Part shown: in pieces, positions 47,278-57,105 of the stretch
Layout: each line of letters starts with the position of its first letter
How positions within the stretch are numbered: position 1 is the first letter of the stretch
Assembly (NCBI GenBank): GCA_963674595.2
Contig: CAXXFV010000004.1
Location: 224,001-288,000, forward strand
Length of the DNA: 64,000 bases
Source of the DNA: a bacterium
GTDB taxonomy: Bacteria > Zhuqueibacterota > Zhuqueibacteria > Residuimicrobiales > Krinioviventaceae
Direction of reading: 5' to 3'
Translations under genes and position numbers: made by a program
Notes under the pieces: model-generated
Database searches by the model: none
What the model was told of the DNA's origin: nothing
The model's input: the letters and a program-made list of their open reading frames with translations, nothing else

Positions 47278-49124
47278 TTCCCTGATTCTATTTCCCGAAT
47301 ACGCTCACGGGCATATTCCAAATATATACTTGCCGGAAAATCGGTTAATAAAAGTTCATAATTTTTAACAGCCAGGGCTTTGTCCTTGATTTGAAAATCA
47401 TAAACTTTGGCTATTTCTACAAGGGCCATGTCCTGTAATATACTGTCCTCATTTGAATATATTTTATTCAAAAGTGCCAAACTCTTTGAGGATTCACCTT
47501 TTTTTATATATAAATCTGATAATAAAAGATAAAAATCTTCATTTAGCATGGAATAAGAATTTTCAGTTAAATAATTTTCTATTATATGAATAGCAGAATC
47601 CTGCTGATTTTGAAAAAGGAGCAGTTGTACATTTCCCATTGTTGATAATGCAAGCGTGTCTGATTGGTTTTCGAACAACATGGACTGTAACTCAAGGGCA
47701 TCGTTGTCAACAGTTTTGGAATAATCCTGCTGTCTGGAATTAAATCGATCTTCAAAAGCTTTTAAAGATTCCAAAGCCTCGTGTGGTTTTTGTTGATAAA
47801 AGGACAATTCAGCCAGTTTATATTGTGACTGCCAATATTCCTCTCCCCTTTGGTTGTGAAACAAATTTTTAATATTATTCAGGTACTTTTTTGCCATTTT
47901 AAATTGATTTAGCTGCAAAGCGCAATTGCTCAGGTTAAAATAAGCTTGAGCTAAATAGGTAACACTTGGTCGCTTGTCCAACATACGTTTATAAACATCG
48001 GCTGCCGTTTCATAATCGCCCAGGGAATACCATATATCACCAATTCGCAAAAATGCCTGCATGGCTTCCATCGCATTTGGAAATTCTTTAATAAAAGATT
48101 CATAGGCTTGAATGGCAAGATTATATTTTTCCTGCTTTTCTAAAATATATGCCAAACCCAGTTTTGACTGGTGCATAAAAGGCCCGGCAGGTAAATTGTT
48201 AATGATATAACGATAGGCTTGTTCCGCATATTGAATCGAGTTGTTTCTGATGGCGGTATTGGCAAACTGAAATAAATACTGACCGGCAAGATATTTTTCC
48301 TTTAATTCCTTGGTGGATTGTTTTGCTAAATAATTCTCCAGGAAAACCAGGTTTGTAAAAGCCTGTTCATAATTTCCGGTAATTGTATAAAGATAACCCA
48401 GTAATTGTTTTCGAATCCATTCCGTTTCCGGTGTAAGCTGGATCTTTTTTTCCAGAGTTTCAAAAACTATTTTCTGAACTTTTGGTTCATTAATGATCTG
48501 GGCAAACCTGGATTGGATAAACGATATTTGACCGGGATATTTTTGGACATATTTTACATATTCAAAAACTAAAAGTTCATACTTTTCCGTTTGCTGATAA
48601 ATAGCAGCCAGTTCAAAGATAAATAAATCCTGATTTTTTATCTTTTTCCGTCCGGTTAAGAATAAATTTAAAGCTTTTTTATACATTTTATTATTTAAAT
48701 AAAATCGTCCGGCCAGTGTATAAGCTTCAATATTTGTGGAATTATCGGTGATCGTACTTTCCAAAAGCTGCATGGCTTTTTGTTCTTCACCCTTTAAATA
48801 ACTTATTTCTGCCAAATCAATTTCAAAACGAACATGGCGATAACTTTTCTTTAGATTATATATTAATTGCTCTAATTTTGAATAATCATTCAAATTCAGT
48901 AAACAACGCTTTGCACTGATATAGGCAGATATATCGTGCGGATTTTCATCACATAATGAAATATAAATATCCGCAGCCAAATCGTATCTTTTTGCACGTT
49001 CATATTGGCTTGCCAAACGTCTTTTATTATCGTTATTTTGTTTGGAAAAAGTTTGCGCGGCACAAAAAGAGATTTGAGCACACAAAATAATAAAAATTAT
49101 ATTATTGAGAATTCTGGACCGCAT
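47274..49124 (-). CDS. Secreted tetratricopeptide repeat protein
   Basis: Signal peptide; many TPRs; C-terminal LLTDFPASIY...AR. Confidence 0.85.
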   Translation of the reverse strand: MRSRILNNIIFIILCAQISFCAAQTFSKQNNDNKRRLASQYERAKRYDLAADIYISLCDENPHDISAYISAKRCLLNLNDYSKLEQLIYNLKKSYRHVRFEIDLAEISYLKGEEQKAMQLLESTITDNSTNIEAYTLAGRFYLNNKMYKKALNLFLTGRKKIKNQDLFIFELAAIYQQTEKYELLVFEYVKYVQKYPGQISFIQSRFAQIINEPKVQKIVFETLEKKIQLTPETEWIRKQLLGYLYTITGNYEQAFTNLVFLENYLAKQSTKELKEKYLAGQYLFQFANTAIRNNSIQYAEQAYRYIINNLPAGPFMHQSKLGLAYILEKQEKYNLAIQAYESFIKEFPNAMEAMQAFLRIGDIWYSLGDYETAADVYKRMLDKRPSVTYLAQAYFNLSNCALQLNQFKMAKKYLNNIKNLFHNQRGEEYWQSQYKLAELSFYQQKPHEALESLKAFEDRFNSRQQDYSKTVDNDALELQSMLFENQSDTLALSTMGNVQLLLFQNQQDSAIHIIENYLTENSYSMLNEDFYLLLSDLYIKKGESSKSLALLNKIYSNEDSILQDMALVEIAKVYDFQIKDKALAVKNYELLLTDFPASIYLEYARERIREIESGN

Positions 49125-52100
49125 TTTTATTCAATGCCTCAAAATATTTTTTAACAAGTTCAAGATAATCTTTAGTATATCCTTCCTTTTTCGCTCTTAA
49201 AAGGTCCTGGTACAATTTGTTGCGTCGTTCACCCAAATCTTTTGGTAAATCATCAGGACTTTTAGCCAAATACTCCTTACCGGTTTCCGCTTTACGTTTA
49301 CGGCTGTATTCCCGTTCCCTTATAGACCGTTGAGCATCCAGCATACGGGACAATATTCTGTTTTGTCTTTCCAGGGTCATGCGCGTTACATTTTTATCAA
49401 CAAAATCTTTTTCCACTTTTTCCATATCATTTATAATAGCGTCCATATCTCCCAAAACATCCGAAACCTGTCCGGCCTCGTTCGCCAGTTCCTGCATGGA
49501 TTTTCGAATTCTGTTTTGTTCGGATGCCAATCGTGACATGGCAGCCTGCTGTGCCAGACTCATTTTACTTCCCAAGCCCATGGTTTGCTGATTAATACCT
49601 TGTTGACCTTTTGCAAGTTGCTGCATTTGGTCCATAAACTGCTGAAATCCCATCCCGGAAGGACTCTGGCCCTGCATCATACTCTGCAATGTAGATTGTA
49701 TTTGATGAACTGCCATATTAAGGGCTGCCATGGCAGATTTTTGGTCTGTTGCTGCATTAGTGGTTTTTCGCTCTTCCAGGGCACGTAATGAACTTTCCAT
49801 CTTTTCAAGAGATTGACCAAGGGCCCTGCTGGTCTTTGGTGAAACACTCATACTTTTTTTTGATGTTTCGAATAATAAATCTGTAATACGTTTCACACCG
49901 GATTGTATCTGATGTTGTTTTTCGGCTGTCTCTGTTACCTTGTCCATATTATTGGATAACTGGTTGGTTTCATCTATAAGCGATTCCTGCATTTTTGATA
50001 TTTGCGCCAGTTGTTTTTTGCTCTTCATCAAAGCCTGTGTGGTTTTTTTCTGCATCTCCCCATTCATCCGCTGCTTGGCATTCATCAATTGCATGCTTAT
50101 ATTTTGCATGGTTTGGATAGCCTTCATGGCTGACTTGGAAGCCTCCTGCATTTGTCCCTGCTGCATTTGATTTTGCATATTTTCAAGATTTTGCATATGC
50201 TGATCAGCATTCATCTGATCTGAGGCCTTTTTAACATCATCCTGCGGCATTGTCGGAAATTCTTTCATGTCCTGCTGCAATTCTTGCAGCAAATCAGATA
50301 AAGCCTGGGAATCGTTTTTCATTTGCTGTTGCTTTTGCATCGTTTTATTATCATCAGCTTTTTCATTTGCCATATCATTGCTTGCATTTTCAAGCTCATC
50401 TGAAATCTCTTTGGATAATTTTATAGCCTGGTCTAGTTTTTGTTCGATCTTTAATTTTTTTAAAAGAGAAATAGAACGTTCCAAACTCTTTTGAAACTCT
50501 TCTTCCGAGGTTTTAAACTCTTCCATTGCTTTTTGCATCATCTCCGGATCTATATCTTTCATACCTTCGGATATTTTTTTCATGGCCTCTTGCAGTTCAG
50601 GCGTCATTATATCTTTTAAGAGGTCCTGGAGCTGTTCATATTTTTCAAGGGTCTCCTTGGAAACCAGCTCGTTTTTCTCCATATTTTCAATCATTTCCTG
50701 AAAAATATCGGACATCTCTTTCAGTTCTTTTTGCATTTGCTTTTTATTTTCAAGCGCCTTTTCCAGCTCCTGCTGCTGCTGCCAGTCCATCTCTTTACTT
50801 TTATTCAGTTCACGGGCCAAATCATCCATTTTACTTTTTATTTCTTTACTTTTTTCATACATGTTTTCCATTTCATCAGCGGCTTTATCATGCTGATTTT
50901 CCAAAGATTGGTACATTTCAACAAGCGATGGAAAACGTGCCCGAAAAATTTTACTTTGACTAAATTTTGGTCCTGAAATATTATCATTATCATATACCCC
51001 GGCAAAATAAACCAAAACATCGGTCGGCAGCATTTCAGACTCTGTCAGGTCCCAGTTAAAATTAAAACTGGTTTTTAAATCGGGTTTGGATAATGGTAAT
51101 TGTGAAAAAATATAACGACTGCTATCGGGTTCTGTTTGACCAGGTGTTAGTACCTGATAGCCTAAAACCATTTTAGAAAGCCCAAAATCATCTTCTGCAC
51201 GAATAAGAAGGGGAATCTGCATCTCTTCGGTTAAATCGATATCTTTACCGGGAACAACTATTTCAATAAACGGATATTGGTCCACTAAAACACTTGCTCT
51301 ATATTTAATCGGATTTTGATTGGTAAACCCTTCAAAATCCAGCAATTTAAATGAATAAGTAATATTTTCCTGCAAAACAAAACGGCCATTAACCCGGTTA
51401 TCTTTGATATTTAATGGAACCGATTTGTTATTGCCGATTTCAACAGAGGCCGTATGCAAATTTTTGTTGGCAGAACCACTTATTTCAATAGAGGAACCTT
51501 TTAAGGCACTGAAATCGCCCACATTTTCTTCCAGTAAAAACGGCTGCAAACCAGAGTACGCCGGCGGGACCACTTTGAGTGTCAGGGACCGTAAGAGTGG
51601 AAACTCGTGAACTGAAACGGCATATACCTTCGATGTTTGTTTGCCGTATCGAAAAGCATAACGAAAAGAATCCCTTACTGTAGTAAATGTGTAACGAAAC
51701 GTATCGTCTTTTGTCAATTGCAGTTCAATGTCCTGTTGATATTTATCCTTCATTACCTGTAATATTAGGGATTCATCTTTTTGCTGATCCACAATACATT
51801 TTACTGTCAGGTCTTTTCCTTTTATCAACGTTGTATCCTTGGGCCATATTTGAAAATGAACAGGATCAACAAGCTGGTAGCTCGTCTTTGGATGAACAAG
51901 ACGTACAAAAGCAGGATTCAGGTGGTTAATCAAAACAGTATAAATAGACAGACAAACAATAAATGATATAATAAAAATACGAACGGCCTGATGAAATGGT
52001 CTTTTGTCTATTTTATTAGAGAATTTTTCATGTTCAAGCTTTTCTGAAACATTTAAAATAGCGGCTTCCAAAAGTGCAAGAGAATAATTTTCTTTATTGT

Positions 52101-52467
52101 CCTGACGCTTTTCATAAAGCTGTAAAGCATTTACAATTTTATCATCAATACCATTATAAAATTTTCCAACTTTGGCAGCAATTTTATAGAGTGAAGGATT
52201 ATGACGATTTAAAACACTTGCAACCGGCTGCAATAAAAAATAAAAAAAAGAAACGACGACACCGGTAACTGTTACAGCTAAAAGAATCCCTCGGATATTT
52301 GTGGAAAGTTTGAATAGAAATTCAATACCGCCAGAAAAGAGAGTTATCCACATTACTGTTACACAAAACCATAAAAACGCTTTGTAAAGCCTGTTTCTTT
52401 TTTCAGCATTTCGAAACTGGCCAAGTCTCTTTACAAGCAAGTGATATGTTGGATATTTGTTTTCCAT
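49102..52467 (-). CDS. DUF4175-like membrane protein with long Met/Gln-rich coiled coil
   Basis: Three N-terminal TMs, PPAYSG, DDFGL, YDNDNISGPK, heptad-rich C-terminus, RQNRILSRML, YLELVKKYF. Confidence 0.8.
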   Translation of the reverse strand: MENKYPTYHLLVKRLGQFRNAEKRNRLYKAFLWFCVTVMWITLFSGGIEFLFKLSTNIRGILLAVTVTGVVVSFFYFLLQPVASVLNRHNPSLYKIAAKVGKFYNGIDDKIVNALQLYEKRQDNKENYSLALLEAAILNVSEKLEHEKFSNKIDKRPFHQAVRIFIISFIVCLSIYTVLINHLNPAFVRLVHPKTSYQLVDPVHFQIWPKDTTLIKGKDLTVKCIVDQQKDESLILQVMKDKYQQDIELQLTKDDTFRYTFTTVRDSFRYAFRYGKQTSKVYAVSVHEFPLLRSLTLKVVPPAYSGLQPFLLEENVGDFSALKGSSIEISGSANKNLHTASVEIGNNKSVPLNIKDNRVNGRFVLQENITYSFKLLDFEGFTNQNPIKYRASVLVDQYPFIEIVVPGKDIDLTEEMQIPLLIRAEDDFGLSKMVLGYQVLTPGQTEPDSSRYIFSQLPLSKPDLKTSFNFNWDLTESEMLPTDVLVYFAGVYDNDNISGPKFSQSKIFRARFPSLVEMYQSLENQHDKAADEMENMYEKSKEIKSKMDDLARELNKSKEMDWQQQQELEKALENKKQMQKELKEMSDIFQEMIENMEKNELVSKETLEKYEQLQDLLKDIMTPELQEAMKKISEGMKDIDPEMMQKAMEEFKTSEEEFQKSLERSISLLKKLKIEQKLDQAIKLSKEISDELENASNDMANEKADDNKTMQKQQQMKNDSQALSDLLQELQQDMKEFPTMPQDDVKKASDQMNADQHMQNLENMQNQMQQGQMQEASKSAMKAIQTMQNISMQLMNAKQRMNGEMQKKTTQALMKSKKQLAQISKMQESLIDETNQLSNNMDKVTETAEKQHQIQSGVKRITDLLFETSKKSMSVSPKTSRALGQSLEKMESSLRALEERKTTNAATDQKSAMAALNMAVHQIQSTLQSMMQGQSPSGMGFQQFMDQMQQLAKGQQGINQQTMGLGSKMSLAQQAAMSRLASEQNRIRKSMQELANEAGQVSDVLGDMDAIINDMEKVEKDFVDKNVTRMTLERQNRILSRMLDAQRSIREREYSRKRKAETGKEYLAKSPDDLPKDLGERRNKLYQDLLRAKKEGYTKDYLELVKKYFEALNKNAVQNSQ

Positions 52468-52471
52468 AATA

Positions 52472-53134
52472 TTAATCAGTCAATGCATATACAACTATGT
52501 TAGCACCCATTTTTAGCGCTTTTTCTCTTATTTCCGGCGGATCTTTATGGACCTCCGGATCAGCCCAACCATCAGAAATATTGGTATTAAAACTGTAAAA
52601 AGCAACCAGTCTTCCTTCATGAAAATATCCGAACGCTTTAGGCGGGCCTCCATCATGTTCATGGATTTTTGGAAGACCATTGGGAAAATTGTAAACTGAA
52701 TTAAAAATCGGATGAGAAAAAGGTATTTCAACAAGTTCTTTATCCGGAAAGACCTTTTTCATTTCACGCCGGAAATGTTTATCCATTCCATAATCATCAT
52801 CCGCATACAAAAATCCACCATGAGTCAAAAAAGTCCTCAATTTTTCAACCTGGCTGGGTGAAAAATAAATTCTTCCATGACCTGTCATAAAAAGAAAAGG
52901 AAAAGAAAATAACTTGTCATCATCCAGATTAACCTGAACTTCATCGTCCAAAGTATTTATATGAACATTTGTTTTTAAAAATGATAATAAATTCGGAATC
53001 ATGGAGGGATTATTATACCAGTCACCACCGCCATCATATTTTAAACGCGCAATTGTAAAATCACTGCTCACAGGATTTTGAGCAAAAGATGATGTACAGA
53101 TTATGAAAAAAAATATTATAAATTTTTTAAACAT
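52472..53134 (-). CDS. DUF4159 domain protein
   Basis: ARLKYDGGGDWY, FMTGHG, GGFLYADDDYG, GLPKIHEHD, DGW. Confidence 0.9.
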   Translation of the reverse strand: MFKKFIIFFFIICTSSFAQNPVSSDFTIARLKYDGGGDWYNNPSMIPNLLSFLKTNVHINTLDDEVQVNLDDDKLFSFPFLFMTGHGRIYFSPSQVEKLRTFLTHGGFLYADDDYGMDKHFRREMKKVFPDKELVEIPFSHPIFNSVYNFPNGLPKIHEHDGGPPKAFGYFHEGRLVAFYSFNTNISDGWADPEVHKDPPEIREKALKMGANIVVYALTD

Positions 53135-53156
53135 ATTGATAATCCAGTATAATATT

Positions 53157-53183
53157 AAAAAAGCCGGTCTTAAAGACCGACTT
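53157..53183 (-). terminator. Rho-independent terminator after the surA-like gene
   Basis: mRNA AAGUCGGUCU-UUA-AGACCGGCUU followed by UUUU. Confidence 0.65.
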
Positions 53184-54468
53184 AGCTTACATCTCTGTAA
53201 ATTTTTATATAAACTTCTTTTTTAAGGCTCTGAAGCCATTGGTTGAATTCTTTTTGTTTTTTATATTCCAGGGCCATTTGCTCTATTCTATCCCAGTCTT
53301 TTTCGAGGTCCAGCTCCCGTCCCTGATCTCTTTTATTAACTTTTAGAATATGAAATCCATACTTTGTTTTCACAGGCTCACTAATTTGCCCTTCTTTAAC
53401 ATCTGTTATTGCATAAACAAATTCTTTTGCCGTGTTTCTCAGTTGATCAATTTCAAAGTATCCCAAATGTCCTTGTTCTTTATTTGAAGACTTGTCATCA
53501 GAATATTGTTCAACCAAACTGACAAAATCCTCACCATTTTTTAATTTTTGATAAATCTCTTTAATTTTATTTGCGGCCGTAACCTCATCTTCTTTTGAAG
53601 GAGTTAAAGAAATTAATATATGGCGGGTATGGATTTTATCACCACGTTTGTCTTCCAGTCGAATAATATGAAACCCAAACTCCGTTTCCACAATATCAGA
53701 TAATTCACCAGGTTTTAATTTAAAAGCCGCTTCTTCAAAAGGTCGAACAAATTCACCTTTTGACATAAATCCAAGGTCACCACCCCGTTCGGCAGACCCC
53801 GGGTCCTGAGAATAATCCTGTGCCAATTGAGCAAAATCATTACCCTCTAAAATCAACTCTTTTATTTTGCTAATTTTTTCGAACGCTTCTTTTCGTGCCT
53901 CTTCTCCGGGTTTTGTTTCAACTAAAATATGGCTAATATCCACTGATTCTTTCAAGTTTCCCAAAGAATCTTTCATTGTTTTATAAAATTCTTTAACTTC
54001 CCGGCGATTTACAGAAATATCCATAACCTTTTGGTCTCGAACAGTCTGCATTGTTAAATTATTTTCAATTTGTTCTTTAAAAGTACGACGAACTTTGGAT
54101 AAAGGGGATTTATAATAGGCTTCAACTTTATCCTCTCCGCCCAACTGCTGAATAACACTTTGCATTTGTTGCTGCAAATAGGTATCAACCTGTCTTTCGT
54201 CTGCAAGTACGGTATCCTTTTTTGCCTGAATCAACAATAATTTTTGATTTATAAGAGAAGTAAGTGCTTCGTTGGTTAAACGCTCAAACTCTCGCTGATT
54301 TTTGTTCAAGTCAATTTCCTGTTGCATGGCTAAAAACTGAGCTGCCTGAGTCACCTCAGAAGCCAATATGACTTTATCATCAACTATTGCGATAATTTTG
54401 TCCAAAACTTGTTGGGTATATCCTACGCTTATTAAAAGTAAGGACAAAAGAAATATTAATCTTTTCAT
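53182..54468 (-). CDS. surA: SurA-like periplasmic chaperone / parvulin PPIase
   Basis: DKIIAIVDD N-terminus; two parvulin domains (SHILV...GGDLG...FGFHII; RHILI...YGFHILK). Confidence 0.88.
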   Translation of the reverse strand: MKRLIFLLSLLLISVGYTQQVLDKIIAIVDDKVILASEVTQAAQFLAMQQEIDLNKNQREFERLTNEALTSLINQKLLLIQAKKDTVLADERQVDTYLQQQMQSVIQQLGGEDKVEAYYKSPLSKVRRTFKEQIENNLTMQTVRDQKVMDISVNRREVKEFYKTMKDSLGNLKESVDISHILVETKPGEEARKEAFEKISKIKELILEGNDFAQLAQDYSQDPGSAERGGDLGFMSKGEFVRPFEEAAFKLKPGELSDIVETEFGFHIIRLEDKRGDKIHTRHILISLTPSKEDEVTAANKIKEIYQKLKNGEDFVSLVEQYSDDKSSNKEQGHLGYFEIDQLRNTAKEFVYAITDVKEGQISEPVKTKYGFHILKVNKRDQGRELDLEKDWDRIEQMALEYKKQKEFNQWLQSLKKEVYIKIYRDVS

Positions 54469-54480
54469 AATAAATCCAAG

Positions 54481-55326
54481 TTATTGTAAAGAATCTTTAA
54501 GGATTTGCTGTAACAGCATCCAATCGGTTTGAATTTCGGCATTCTCATGTAAGAGAGAGACATACCGGTGATAATTTTCTTCCTTTTTATTTAACACCAC
54601 ACGCCATTTTATCTTTTCAGCTACTTCATCAAAGTCCTGAACCTCACCTTTAGGTCTGATATCTAATATCTGAATAATATAATATCCAATTGTCGTTTTT
54701 ATTGGGCGTGAATAAGCATTTACTTTTGTTTTTAAATTTTCACGTGCACCTTCAGGCAATTCTTCAGCCGTCGTCCATGGAACATCATCAGCATTTTTTA
54801 AATTTGTGTCCAATGATTGCGTTCTTGACAACTGAAAAAAATCTGCATCTTCCATGACACTTTTTCGAAAAGCATTGGCCTGCCTGTAATTTTCAAAAAG
54901 AGCATATCGAACTTTATACATATCATAAGGACGAATAAATTCTTGTTTATTTTCATTATAAAATTGCTTCAACTCATCATCGGAAACTTTAATATTTTTT
55001 TCAATTTCGTTATCAATAAAATGGCTGATAATACAATTTTTAGTTAATTCTTTTATTTGTTTTTGAACAGCTGGATCTTTGGTCAAATTTCTTTTTACCG
55101 CTTCCTGATAAAGCAGTTCTTTTTCTATCCAACTCTTTATGTAAATCTGAATTTGTTCAGCAGAAATCTGTAATGCAGAGTTTTCAGGAACAACCTCTTT
55201 CAAGTCATTAGCGGTAAATTTTGTCTCTCCTACTTGAGCGATAACCGGAGAGTTATCTTCCGGCTGACTTTTACATGAAATAAAAAAGAGGCAACAAACG
55301 ATTAATGTTTTAAAAATCTTCAACAC
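54481..55326 (-). CDS. Lipoprotein PrsA/PpiC-like foldase with degenerate parvulin domain
   Basis: Lipobox FISC, VIAQVG, ELLYQEA, SRPIKTTIGYYII. Confidence 0.75.
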   Translation of the reverse strand: MLKIFKTLIVCCLFFISCKSQPEDNSPVIAQVGETKFTANDLKEVVPENSALQISAEQIQIYIKSWIEKELLYQEAVKRNLTKDPAVQKQIKELTKNCIISHFIDNEIEKNIKVSDDELKQFYNENKQEFIRPYDMYKVRYALFENYRQANAFRKSVMEDADFFQLSRTQSLDTNLKNADDVPWTTAEELPEGARENLKTKVNAYSRPIKTTIGYYIIQILDIRPKGEVQDFDEVAEKIKWRVVLNKKEENYHRYVSLLHENAEIQTDWMLLQQILKDSLQ

Positions 55327-55335
55327 ATTACCTTT

Positions 55336-57045
55336 TTAACTTTGAAATTCTTTTTTTAAAACTCCATTATATACCTGCACAGGTATTTGTTTCTTTAAAC
55401 TAATTTTCCAGGCAGAATCAAGTTGGTCACGCATTTTAGTTTTATAATCACCGATAACCTTGCTTTTAACAAGATTATAGTCTTTAAAAACCGGCGCCGG
55501 TTTCTCAAGAATTTTAATAACCGAATACATGCTTCCATATTTAATTACATCAGATATTTGGTTTTCTTCCATATTCACGGCAGTGGATCCTATAGGTCCG
55601 TATTGAATTCTTGTTATATATCCCAATATACCTTTATTATTTTTTGTAGCTGATCGCTGGTTATATTTTTCAGCCAATCGGTCAAAACTTTCACCCTTTA
55701 TCGCACGGGATAAAATTTGATTTGCCAAACCAATATCTTTTACCTGAATTTCCTGTACCTTAACTTTTACGGGTTCCATATATTGGGATTTATTCTTTTC
55801 ATAATAGTCACGATAAACTTCCTCAGAAGAATCAAGCTTTTCGTTGATTTGAAGGTTCTCAATTTGGCGTATCATCAAACCCTCTTTAAGAGTAAGATAT
55901 TTGCTGTGTAACTCATTTTTACGATGATAGCCTTTATCATAACCAAATTGAATCAACAGTTCATAAGTAAATATACGTTTTAATAACCTATCAACACTTT
56001 CTCTTGATTCCAATGTTGGGCGACGTTCAGGAGATATTATATCAATTTCTGAAACAAAATCAGCAACAGTAAATTGTCCGTTATTATACTCAACCAGAGG
56101 TTTATCTCTCAAACTATCACTTAAAAAATCATTCAATAAACAAAAGGGATTTTTTTCATATTTCTTTATAATAAAAACAGATAAAGAATCAATATTGATG
56201 TCATTATAACGGCAATTGTAATTTTTTAATACACCTTTAGAAAATTTGTTATATACCTTTTCCAATTCCTGACTATTGCTACGAAACAGACTGCGTTGAA
56301 TTTTTTCCCGTTCAAACTTGTAGGGAGGCTGTTCAACCGGCCGGATTTTATCAACCTTGACCAGGTGAAATCCATATTGTGATTGTATCGGTTTTGATAT
56401 TTGACCTTCTTTCATATTAAACACTTTATGATAAAAGCTTGTTCCAAAGCCGCGTTTTCCCCATTTTACAAAACCTAATTCACCGCCTTTTCCTGCTGTC
56501 AGAGAATCTTTGGAAAATTTACGAGCTAATGTTTGAAAATCAGCTCCTTCCCTCATTTGTTTTCTTAATCCGTTTAATTGACTAACAACAACACTCTTGA
56601 CAGAATCCGGTGCATTTTTGGCCATTGGTAAAAAAATGTGATAAAGCTTTACTTCTTTTAATTTATGGTTATAGTTTTCCCGGATTTGATCATCAGAAAT
56701 AACCTTGTCAATTACTTTATCTGCAATAACAGCCTGATACATGTCTTTTTTAAAACTTTTTTTTGCAGCTTTTTCTATATCCGGATCTTCATTTAAATGA
56801 TGAGCGTAAGCATCAATGAGCTTTACATATTCATCAATCATATTATTCAAGTATTGCTTACTCATATCATAATTTACTTTTTTGACAGAAGCCCCATGAC
56901 TCGAACGAATATAGGAATTCAAGTCTTTTAAATAAATCAGATGATTACCAACACGTGCAATAACTTTTTTTTCACGACAACCAAAAAAAATGCACCCAAA
57001 TCCAATAAAAACAACAACAAAAACCTTAAATAATCGATAATTCAT
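55336..57045 (-). CDS. Lipoprotein peptidyl-prolyl isomerase (two parvulin domains)
   Basis: FFGC lipobox, HIFL...KGGELG...YGFHLVK, second domain NKGILG. Confidence 0.82.
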   Translation of the reverse strand: MNYRLFKVFVVVFIGFGCIFFGCREKKVIARVGNHLIYLKDLNSYIRSSHGASVKKVNYDMSKQYLNNMIDEYVKLIDAYAHHLNEDPDIEKAAKKSFKKDMYQAVIADKVIDKVISDDQIRENYNHKLKEVKLYHIFLPMAKNAPDSVKSVVVSQLNGLRKQMREGADFQTLARKFSKDSLTAGKGGELGFVKWGKRGFGTSFYHKVFNMKEGQISKPIQSQYGFHLVKVDKIRPVEQPPYKFEREKIQRSLFRSNSQELEKVYNKFSKGVLKNYNCRYNDINIDSLSVFIIKKYEKNPFCLLNDFLSDSLRDKPLVEYNNGQFTVADFVSEIDIISPERRPTLESRESVDRLLKRIFTYELLIQFGYDKGYHRKNELHSKYLTLKEGLMIRQIENLQINEKLDSSEEVYRDYYEKNKSQYMEPVKVKVQEIQVKDIGLANQILSRAIKGESFDRLAEKYNQRSATKNNKGILGYITRIQYGPIGSTAVNMEENQISDVIKYGSMYSVIKILEKPAPVFKDYNLVKSKVIGDYKTKMRDQLDSAWKISLKKQIPVQVYNGVLKKEFQS

Positions 57046-57105
57046 ATTTTCCTCTATATTATCGACCTATCTTTTTGATTTATATTAATTAACAAAGATA
57101 ACTAT

